64,000 nt of DNA from Selaginella moellendorffii (taxonomy: Eukaryota; Plantae; Lycopodiophyta): NCBI RefSeq assembly GCF_000143415.4, contig NW_003314285.1, positions 1,143,370 to 1,207,369 on the forward strand, written 5' to 3'. The position numbers were made by a program, and so were the translations under genes. This document shows positions 50,943 through 61,796 of the stretch, piece by piece. Under the pieces are notes generated by a model. It was not told where the DNA came from, ran no database searches, and saw only the letters and a list, made by a program, of their open reading frames with translations. Position 1 is the first letter of the stretch. Every line of letters begins with the position of its first letter.

Positions 50943-53026
50943 CTACATTCTCACGGCGATCGGGCTGCGCACAACGTGCACTCCATCTTCCCAGGTGAGA
51001 TCCGAGAAGCTCCATTTCGGCGCTTGGGGATCCGCCGTTATGGATCCCTTGGCGGAGACGGTGACGCTGTAGGTCAGCTTCTGTCCGGCGCTTGTGAAGC
51101 TCAGCTTGGTGGGAGTGACCGAGATCGAGATTCCCTTGGCGCTTCCCACGGAAGCGGTGTAGGTCGCGCTGGGATTTCCCACATTGGTCACTGTCCTCTC
51201 CACCGTCTTGCTGGATCCATCCAAGAGGACTGCGATGGAGGGATAGTTGAGGCTGAAAGAGGTGTCGTTCTTGGGGCATTTGCTGCTACTGTCGCCTGTG
51301 ATGTTTTGGATTTGCTTGGAGGTATAGCCCGAGTTACAGAGATAGGTGATATAGTCGAGAGGATCAGTGTCGTAGACTAGTCCTGGATCGACTGCTTTTG
51401 CTGGTTGGATCTCACCGTTTCCAACGTCGAAAACAGTCGCTGCCTTGTTAGTGCTTGGATCGACGATTGTTTTGTTGGTGTTGTCTTTGGTGATAGCTGC
51501 CAAGAACACTCTTGAGTCTCCAGTTTTATTTTGTTTTCTCTCGACTTACCTGTGGTCATGACTGCTGATTTGATCGCCGCAGGACTCCATGTTGGGTGAA
51601 TGGATTTCAAGTAAGCGATGGTGCCACTGACGTGAGGGCACGCCATGGAAGTTCCAGAGAGAAAAGTGTACTCCACGAACACTTCCTTTCCATTGTCAGT
51701 GTCGGGGATATTGCTTGGCCAAGCTGCTAAGATCTCGACTCCTGGAGCGGTAACGTCCGGCTGCAACGCGAGATAAGTCACAAGCTTCATGGTATGTCTT
51801 TCGAGTACCTTGATGATATCCGGACTGATTGTGTGTGGACCTCTTGACGAAAACTCCGCTACGACAGGTGCTGGCTTGTAAGGAATCGTTGTTCCTCTGA
51901 GAATTCGTGATTTACGACTGCACAGAAACCACGAGGCAAAGAGTATTCCATCACCTTTTGATCATCTGTTATACTTACTTGGCTGCTATTTTAGCATCCT
52001 CGTTGATCTCCCTGTCGATTGTACTGGCACCGACCGTGAAGATCCAGGGAGCACCGTTGGACACCGATCCAGTAAATGGTCCAGAGCTTCCACCAGCGCA
52101 AGAGACCATGATCCCTCTTTCGACGGCGTGATAGGCACCAATCGCAATGACGTTTACGCTGTAAACTGCGGGATAGCCTCCGAGTGAGATGGACAGGACA
52201 TCCACGCCGTCGTTGATGGCATCGTCGAAACCCGCAGCGATGTCAACCTCCTCGCAGCTATCCGTCCAGCAGACTTTGTACATGGCGATCCGAGCATTTG
52301 GAGCGAGTCCTCTCTTACTCGCGTGTGGAACCAGGCTTCCAGCAGCTGTTGACGACGTATGAGTTCCATGTCCAACCGAGTCTCTCGAGTTCTTGTGAGA
52401 CTTTCGCTCCGTTATAGTATCTGGCTCCAACGAGCTTCCTGGTAAGGAGTTCATTCATCACTTGAGTCTAATCTTGTGGCAAACTCTAACACGTACTTGT
52501 TGCAGTTGACAGTCTCATTGGCTTTGGTGCCTGGTGGATTGACGCAAGTTCCTCTCCAACGAGCTGGCACAGGTCCCATGTCGGTGTCCTTGAAACTCTC
52601 CGACTCTGGCCAGATTCTTACGCACAGAGCAAGTAAGCACATTGAGCTTTTCCGAGCGAGTTACCTGTGTCCAGAAGCCCGACGATCATGTCAGTACTTG
52701 GAGATCCAGTGTGACTGCTTTTGGCAGGCATGGCCAAGCCGAGGAAATCCCACGAGTGTGTTGTCAGTGAATGGAGCGTTTTGCTGGGATAGATGTTGAG
52801 GACCTCAGGCATTCCTACACAGTGGTCTGTTAGGCAATGACTGGAGATTGTTTCGGCCTCTTGTTCAGTCAGGTATGCCGAGAATCCACTGAAGGCATAC
52901 TTATAGCTGAAGATGATGGACGAGTGAGCATTCCTGATGCTGGAAGACAAATTCTCAGAAGCGTGAGCCTTGCCAAGGCACAAAAGGAATCGATCAAACC
53001 TTCCAACAGCTCTGGCAAGTATGTTA
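50943..53026 (-). pseudogene. Subtilisin-like protease, copy 2 (disabled)
   Basis: Same exon structure as 61797-64000. Lesions: 11-nt frameshifting deletion near 52396, 24-nt deletion between GGAGC repeats near 52303, oxyanion GNSGP changed to GSSGP, and 5' end replaced by a gypsy remnant. Confidence 0.85.
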
Positions 53027-53029
53027 ACT

Positions 53030-53744
53030 ATTGATAGAAGTTGGTGCTCTTTTGGTAGTGCATTTATAACTACTATTGGATATTTCTTACTTAATTTAGT
53101 GGTGTTCAATATTCTTGTTTGGGTATTTCATGTATTAATGTCTAGGTTAAGGATATGCCACAGAGAGTGTTGTATTTATCATCAATATCATTTATAAATG
53201 AATGATTTGGTGGAACAATTTGTTAAGACTTTCAAGAGGATGATTGTAAAGTATATAAACTTTCAATCAAAATAAGATGGTTATTTGGCATCTCTCTAGG
53301 AATTGAGTTTACATTTGCGTTTATTATAAATTGTTGATGATAGGTCATGGTATAAATATTTGATAAACATTCATCCATTTGTTTTTTAATTAGACTTTGC
53401 TAAACACTTGAGTGAGATAAAAATGGCATTACAACTCTTATTGTCATCCATTTATGAAGTGCAAAATGGATGATCAAAATGTTAACTCATTCTCCTAATC
53501 TTAAAGTGTGTGGTTTATCTAAAATGTTCATTCTTAGTTAAAAAGGATTATATGGAGTGTTATAGGAAATTGGGCTGCAAATTTATAAAGTTTAACATAA
53601 AATTTAATAGGTTGGACCTATCAACCCTAGTTATTTTCTGTTATGAAGTTCAAATTTATGGCTATGATATTGTATATTATTATTAGTGTAAAGGGATTTT
53701 GATATTCATTGAATTAAATTTAATCTGGACCATTTACTCTTAGA
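53030..53744 (+). mobile_element. AT-eroded gypsy integrase/LTR remnant (paralogous to 48150-48950; resumes at ~60105)
   Basis: Aligns with 48180-48700 and with the 14021/44112 LTR family. Confidence 0.6.
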
Positions 53745-53914
53745 TGTAATGCACCTTATCTCTGTCCCCTTAAGCGAACTGGAAAAGGGGTAATTGTTTA
53801 ATGAAAGAGCTCTTAATGGTTATTTTATCTCCATTTATCCCCTAAGGTTCCACGGTGATAATATATTCAAATCTCATCCCATGATCATATACATTACACT
53901 CACCCCCCTTTCAG

Positions 53915-56900
53915 GATAACCTGATCCTGTTGATCGAAGGTAGGATTACCAAGCCTGAGACTGAGATAGGAATGCCTTGAAAGGGCATCAAAAAAGCCCT
54001 AAAACTTTCCAAGTCTGTACTTGATAACAAAGTCAAACCAACTCAGGAATTGTGCCCACCTTGCCTGACAATGGCTCAAAACTCAAAAAGTGGCAAAGTA
54101 CTTGAGATTTTTGTGTTCCGTCCAGACCATTATTTGATAGCTTGCCCCCTCCCAGAAACAACACCACTCTCCAAAGGAATTCACGATGGCAAGGAGCTCC
54201 TTGTTGTGGATTTCGTAATTGATCTCCATATGCTAGAATTTCTGAGAATGCAAAGTAACCCGATGAAATTCTTAATCCGCTTTGAGTTGAGATAGCACAA
54301 CACTGATGGCAAAGTTGGAAGTGCCTCGATGAAGAAAGGTTGTGAGGGATTAGCGTGGATCAAGACGGGAGCAGAACTAAAGGCTGCCTTGAGTGTGTCG
54401 AAGGCCTGCTGGGCAGTAGTAGACCAAGAGAAGGGAACATCCTTGCGAGTGAGATGCGTGAAAGGAAAAACAATGTCGGAGTAGTGATCAATGAATTTGC
54501 AGTAGAAGTTATCGAAGCCAAGGAAAACCTAAATGTATGATATTGATTGTGGAGGCTCCCATTCAAGAATAGTCTTGACTTTGGCAAGATCCATCGTGAT
54601 ACCCTCAAAAGTGACAATGTACCCAAGGAACTCCATAGACTCCTAATCGAAGTCTTAGCTTTGCCAAGGTTTCTCAAGCTTCGCGTATAGGCTGTATTTC
54701 TGCAGCTTTGCCAACACCTTCGGCACATGCTTATCATGCTCCTCCTGAGTTTTTGAGTAGATGAGAATGTCGTTAAGGTAGACGATCACCATCTGATCAA
54801 AAAACTCCTGAAAGATGTCGTTTGCCATGTGTTGGAAAACTGCTGGAGCATTTGTCAAACCAAATGGCATGATAGTGTACTTAAAGTGGCTATAGCGGGT
54901 TCAGAATGTAGGCTTACATTCATCACTAGGCCAGATCTAGATCAAGTTGTATGCTCCACGGAGGTCGATCTTGGTGAAGAAGCGGGCACCGCTGAGGTGT
55001 TCCAACAAGTTCGAGATCAGAGGCAACAAATAACAGTTCCAAACAGTCACCTTGTTCAAACCTCAGTAGTCGATGACTAGCCGCAAACTCCTATCCTTCT
55101 TTTTGACAAAGAAGACAGGCGCTCTAGCCAGGGATTGCAAATGCTGAATGTACTCCGATGCAAGGTTCTTGTCCATGTACTCTTTGAGGGCCTTGAGCTC
55201 GGATGGGGATAACCTGTAGATAGGCCCCTATAGAGGTGACGCTCCTTCCTGTAAATCAATGGGACAGTCGTAAGGTAGGTAATATACTAGCTTTTTTCTT
55301 GTCAAACACATCCCTAAAATCATGATACTTCTCAGGAAGACTGAGAGGAGAAATATGCAAAGCAAAAAGGAAAATAGATTCTTCATGAAGTAGTTCTTTC
55401 ATAGTGATTGTGGAGATACGAGAAGGCGTATGACTAAATAGAATGATAGGACAAGGATACTATCTAGTGTAAGATGGAAGAGAGGAAAAAGAACATCGAG
55501 GGATAGAGAGCAAAGAGGGTGAAAACTTCATAGAGTCAAGAATAAAACCCCAATTTGAGTTTAGGGAATTTTTCCTGATTCAGACTTAATGAAGAGCAAG
55601 GGAAGACATGGGAGATGGTGACGTGGGAGAGACGAGCTGTAATTTCTTCCAACAAATCTGAAGCTAGTGTAGTTAAAACCAAGGAACACCGAGCACCACA
55701 GAGGAGGACTTGTTGTTGATGATGTTGAAAGCGATATTGGTGATGGTAGACCTGATGTGTACTCGAACATGCAATGTTTCCCTAAGTCTAGAAGATGGAG
55801 ACACAAAATGCCTGCCGATGCCTTCAACCCTCAGATCCCGTATGGTAAGAGAAAGAGGAACATGATGTTGGGTAACAAAGTCCGTATCCATGAAGTAGGA
55901 AGTTGTGCCCAAGTCCAGTAGCACCAGAGCCTTGAGTCCTGATTGTCTAGTGAAAGAAAGGAGATATGGGATGTGAAAGTTGTGGGAATTGTTGATGGCT
56001 TTGATGAAGGTGGTGAGGAGCTTGATAAAGAAAAAAAGTGATTTTTATTTGAGGAGTCCAAATAGATAGCTTTTATTCTATTTGGACAAGGTCGTTTCCC
56101 AACTGCAATAGAGGTGGACCTTGAGGTAGAGTGAACTCAAGCAGTCGGGGAGGCTTCTTGGGACATATAGTTGCTTTGTGATTAGGATCAGCACAGTAGA
56201 GGCAAAGATTCTGAGATACTCAACATTGCTTCTCAGCAGAACTCAGCTTCCTTCTAATGAGTTAGGGAGTACCAGAGATATCCATTAGGACCGGAGTAGT
56301 AGGTTCAAGAGTATGCCCCAAAGACTCAAGCTGGGATTCCTGAGTCTGGGATGGGAAAATGGCAGTGCGGCGACTTTCCTAACAACATTCAAAGAGACGA
56401 TTGTCGCATCGAACAGCTTTGTTGATGGCATCCGATAGGTCCGTGGGATCCTATATGGTGAGCAACAAATCTTTGACACCGTTGTTGAGGCCAAAACGAA
56501 ATTCATCAATTAAGGCCCGCTCCTCCCATTAAGTGTCCAAAGCAAAGAGCTAGAACTCCACAGCATAGATTGAGGCAAGACGAGACCCTTGAGAGAGATG
56601 TCTCATCTTTGTGGTGGCAACCTGAACCCGATCTATCTTGCCAAAACATGCTTCAAGCTTCTCTTTGAACAACTGAAGATCCATCAACTCTGGAACCACA
56701 ACCCCTTTCATGCTCTTCTCCAAGAGAGGAGAAAACCATGACAAAGCTGCACCTTCAAGCAATGTCCAAATCATGCTAATTTGAGACTCGGGAGTGGGGT
56801 ATTGTTGATGTTGAAGTGCAAAGATTAGCTCCATTTGGTTCAGGAATCTACGAAGCTCCGAATGCTTGCCTGAGAACTTCGCTAGGAAACTTATCTTCGG

Positions 56901-57499
56901 TTTAGGACCTCTGCTTAATCCTTGAGCCAAAAGTGAAGCAAGCTCCTATTGCATGTGAAGAAAGGCTGCCTTCAACTTGGTATTCTCAGACTGGATTTTT
57001 GCAAGGACTTTGGGGAAGGAATTAGGATGGCTTGGAGACGCCATCAGCAAAGAAGAAAAAAAAGGGGGAAAAAGGCAAAGGCAATCAAACAATCAAAATG
57101 AGCTAAAACAAAAGCAAAAAGCACAATCTGAATCAAACTGTTAAGACCCCTAACAAGATCAGGACTGGAAAATGCAGAAGACAAAAAGAAAAGCCAGTGG
57201 AGACGAAAAAGAAGCTTTAAACTAGTGTTGATTCAGATTATGGAGAAATGGAACAAGGCTAACCTATATATACTATAGGTTGATGAAGCTCCACCACTCT
57301 TGGATCGAGGATGGCCTAAATATAGCTGAGGTCGAGGAGGCACCACATCATCATCAGAAATGTGGTTCTAGAATTAAAAATTGTATAGGAAATCAAAGAA
57401 TCAGGAATAGGGAAATGTCTCGAGAGTCAGGAATGTGGTCTACGGGTCAAGAATCTGGCAAGAGTCAAGAATGTGGCAAGAATTGGGGGATTCTTGACA
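53915..57499 (-). mobile_element. Truncated, decayed second copy of the Tcn1-like element (5' LTR 57139-57499, gag-PR-RT-RH; no integrase)
   Basis: Colinear with 26142-29737 and carries many C>T/G>A changes. Confidence 0.9.
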
Positions 57500-59915
57500 T
57501 TAGCCACCCTTGGTGCTCTGGGTGTCACCCAGCTTACAAAAGTGTGATAGCCCCTGCCTACAGGGACATAGAGAGAGAAGCTAAAGGCTCCAACCCTCAT
57601 GAGCAAAGAAACCAAACCTGTTGATAAGGTTTAGATAGATTATTGTAAACAGGTGGTTAGAGTTATTTACATGGTCATGCCCTTTGAATGGAATAAGGAA
57701 CATCAATAGAGAGCTGGGTGATATAACTAATCTACAGTAGCTACCCCATGACTAAAGATTTCAATATGCACATGAAGTGCCAAAGCTAATCTACTTATAC
57801 TGACCCAAACTCAAATATCAATAGATGGACAATATCAAAGTCATAGATATTGATATCTTAGAGTCTTAATTATCAGTGACTAAATTGTAGATTAGAATAC
57901 AAATGTATTCTAAGTAAGTTATCATCTAATAAACTAGTATTAGAGTATAGAACCACCAAGATCATCAGAATTGCAAAACATAGGATTTATTTTCTAACAA
58001 AATTCAATAACAAGTGTATCATCAAGAAAACTCAATGATAACATATAACTATCAAAAAATTTAGATAGCATGCTAAACAACTTACAAAAGACAACTAAAA
58101 GAACACAAAGTATCATTGACTGGCAAGCACAATACTTGTGAATGTATCACCTGAAAAAAATAACATTTTAATCTATCAAAACTAACTCAAACAATAATCA
58201 ACAGAACAGAGTGAATGCCGCAAAGCCAACAAACACTTTTTCATGCCAACTATTGTACTAGTCAAGCTCAATAGATCCCGGTCAATTATACAAAGGAACT
58301 CAAGTTGGTTAAGCAAGTGTTAGCAACATCTTATCGATGTCACAAACCCAAGATACCAATCCAGAGCAAACCCCAAAAAATATGTGGTATTTCGAAAAGC
58401 CATAAGCCATCAAAGAGAATAACTAACCATCATAGCAGATCATCAATCATCCAATCAATGAAGAGATGCATAATCATCGTCAAAGAAAGAATCCATCATC
58501 CCGAAAAACGGCAAATCACTCTATATCAACAATAATCAAGCAAAATCTTTAACAAAGACAATCAACTATTCGAAATGACAGTAAATCATCACCAATTGTT
58601 GCTAGATACAAAAGCCAACTTCTATATCGAAGCTAACAAGCTAAAATGCCTTGCTCAACAACTTCAAATAAATGGATCATAAGTATGAAAACTCAAGGAA
58701 CCAAAAGCTCGAAAAAGTCTATAGCTAAGTCGTGCCTAAACAATCACGAGTCGTGCATAAACTAAAGAAGAAATCATGGTACAACCCACAATATCTTCCC
58801 TTTTTGTCCATGGCTGAGTTTGCCAACACTGGATCAAGGGCCGTAGGCTCGACCCCTAAGTCCTATTGTCCCCATTCATAAGCTAAACTTCATAGTGCAA
58901 AGCTAATGAAGAGCACATTTACATCAATTCAAAAGTTAAACATAACAAATCTATGCTCAACAAGTGATCATCTAATCGATCCTCCATGAATCCATATTTT
59001 ATAGCAAAACGTAACTTACTTCAAAATAAGCATAAGAAGAATCATTAATGATCAATATATTATAACTCAAATCTAATAAGTTCAAACATTTCAATATCAA
59101 TCACTAACTCTTCCTCTTATAAAGCTAGTAGAGTCCATGACTAAATCACTTTTCAAAGAAAAGCTAAAAGCTCAACCCCTACTCAATAATCTCATCTAGA
59201 ATATAATTAACTCAACTTGCTACTTAACTCATTTGAACATGTATACAGTTGTTAACTAGCAAATGCACGAATGCTAATAACACAAAGTTACAACCAAATC
59301 ATCGATACTATCTTTATCGAGACTAATTAAACTCAATATCAATCCTACAAAGAGACATCTCAGTTCACTTAAATCTTAACATCAATATATAAGTTTTTGA
59401 ATTTGGACTTCTTGGGAGGTCATCTAGCCTAATACTATTCAAACCCAAGGATGCTTAACCCTAAATATCCCAAGACCCTTAACCGATTAAAAAAGAAGGT
59501 GCACTTTTATTTATGGGCCCTTTCCCTTTATATTTAAACCTATGAATCATTTTTCAAGTCATTCTCATTGGTTGCTTACACAACAATGTCAACAACAAAG
59601 CATCACTTCAATGCCATCAACACTAAAACAAAGTTAAAAGAAAGCACAAGTGAACCACCACCCAAAACTCTTTAACAACTAAGCTAACCAAAGTCAAAAA
59701 TATTTTAGTCAGTATTCGAGACCAAACCCTCAGCAAAATTCAGTTATAGATAACACTTCTTTAAGGAGTGAATCACCACATCCAAGACTCAATGAAATTT
59801 AACACTATGAACTAAACGCAACCAAATGATATCAACAAAAGTAAAGTCGACATACTAACATGGAAAACCCATGTAAGTCTAACGACACGATCCTTTATAA
59901 CACCATTTGGTAAGG
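57500..59915 (-). mobile_element. Internal fragment of LARD-B family
   Basis: Reverse complement aligns to ~3125-3769 joined to 11148-12671. Confidence 0.85.
59388..59580 (-). repeat. Cassandra solo LTR
   Basis: ~193 bp with the 5S-like core. Flanks CAATA/CAACA. Confidence 0.85.
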
Positions 59916-60170
59916 TAAATCTCTCTCTAATACCACATCTAACGCACTGTATTTCTCTCCCCTTAAGCCAATTAAAAAAGAGGCAATTGCTTAATAATAG
60001 AGCCCTTAGTAGCTATTTTATCCCTATTTATCCCCTAAGGTTCCAAGGATCCATAGTAATAGTATATATAAATCTTATCCCATGATCACATGCATTACAT
60101 TAGGTTAATATGAATATGCATATTTCTATATTTAGAGCCTTTACATTTTATAAAGATGTTTAAAATAAGT

Positions 60171-60323
60171 AGTACTACCCAAACCCAATGACATTTAACT
60201 CTAAGTATTCTAAAACCTTTAACCAATTCAAATAAAAAGGTGCATTTTTGTTTATGGGCCCTTTTTCTATATATTTGAACCCTTATGGATCATCTATTGA
60301 GTCAGTTTCTTTAATTGCTAACA
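60171..60323 (-). repeat. Decayed partial Cassandra LTR
   Basis: AGTACTA..AAACCCAA..TTTATGGGCCCTTTT..TTGCTAACA similarity. Confidence 0.7.
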
Positions 60324-60673
60324 TTTTTATTTTTTTATTATGCAAATTAAAACAAAAGCTTGAGTGTTAGTCTACAATTAGTTAATAGCTCTCAATTTTC
60401 CACACGTTGTTACTTAGAATAAAAGTTTTAAAAAACATAAAATTCTTTAATTAATACTTATGTTTTATGATTTAGCCAATTGTTAGATTTTGAGAGAAAG
60501 AATGTTAATGTCTGCATTACAACTTAAAAACCTTAGAACTTAAATAATGAAAGCTATGTGTGTAAAGTAGTAATTTCAAGTCATATGTGTGGTGCCATTT
60601 ATACAAGTTTTGCCTCTGATACTTTTGAAAGACATAGATTCACCAAGCTTAAATCTTAAGATTTGAGTTGTAA

Positions 60674-61576
60674 ATGTTTAAAATAATGTTCTCTATCTTC
60701 TTGATATTATTCATAAAATTTACTATTTCAACTATAAATTTTTATCTACAAAATAGTATGACAATTGAGAGTGTTAATTTAATTATTCTTGCTCTTGTAT
60801 TAATGATTAATAACACTGAATCTGGAGAGTTACCAAAAGGTCAAAGTATGCAATATGATTATACAATACAAGATGATATATATGGTCCTTTAAGCATGAC
60901 AAATCAAATATGGATTTATAGTTTAAATGGAAAATCTATTGATACAACTTGCGGGGCAAATCTTGTTGAATATGAACATGATGATGGTGATAATGTAAGA
61001 CATAGATTGGCTACTCTATTAAATTTATATCATAATCGTATTCTAAATTTACGTGCAAGATTTGTTAGAATAGTGTTTGGTTCTTATGCTATTGAGTTTA
61101 TGGAAAAAAATTCTGCACATGGATTACCAAAAATTCAAAATACTATATCCAATAATTTACTTGATTATAGAATTGATCTCACTACTTTAATTAGTAACAT
61201 GCCTTAAAATTCCTTAAATGCTACTGAATTTTTATTATCACCAAATAAGAAAGGTTATTTATATTTACATTTAAATTGCATTCTTGCTTTATATGTAAGA
61301 AATGATATAAAATGGTATAAAGGATCTTCAAATTTTAAAAACTCTGAATTTAAGATAGAAATGGATGGGAATATTGTACTGTATTCTGATAATTCAATTA
61401 TGGTTTGGTCTCCTAATATATATTGTAATAACAAGAGAAATTGTGATATAGTAAAAACATTTCTTTCTCTTCAAAGTGACTGTAATTTGGTATTATATGA
61501 ATCCCATCAAAAAACATTTTTAAAACATCCTAAATTGAAGGTATTGTGGGCTTCAAATACAAACCCATGCAATTAA
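60674..61576 (+). pseudogene. Lectin-fusion gene copy 2 with premature stop (TAC>TAA at 61205-61207) just before the lectin domain
   Basis: ORFs 60674-61207 and 61361-61576 are in the same frame and highly similar to 49904-50722. Confidence 0.8.
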
Positions 61577-61796
61577 TTGTAATTTCTTTCCCATGCCCTT
61601 TGCAAATTAAGAGAAAACTGTGATAATTTGTATACAATAGTCAACAATTCTCAAAAGAAATAAAAACTCTACCTACTTCAATTGCTCCCTTAGAGGAACT
61701 CCTTAATAATCTGTTTCTAGATGTAGTTTAGATTTACATGCAGTTTAAGGGTAATTTGAAGTTAAAAGTGGAAATATTTCTCTTTCGATTCTAACG

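Larger units (their letters stand above)
53745..60099 (-). mobile_element. Chimeric element bounded by 162-bp-family TRIM LTRs, carrying LARD-B and Tcn1-like cargo
   Basis: 5' LTR 59938-60099 with PBS TGGTATTAGAG (minus, ~59925-59935). 3' LTR 53745-53898 with PPT at 53899-53914. Flanks TTAGA / TTAGG. Confidence 0.7.

Noticed and set aside
50908-51380. Alternative-frame and antisense ORFs over the subtilase last exon (also 61762-62234)
   Set aside because: They are shadow ORFs of a GC-rich coding exon.
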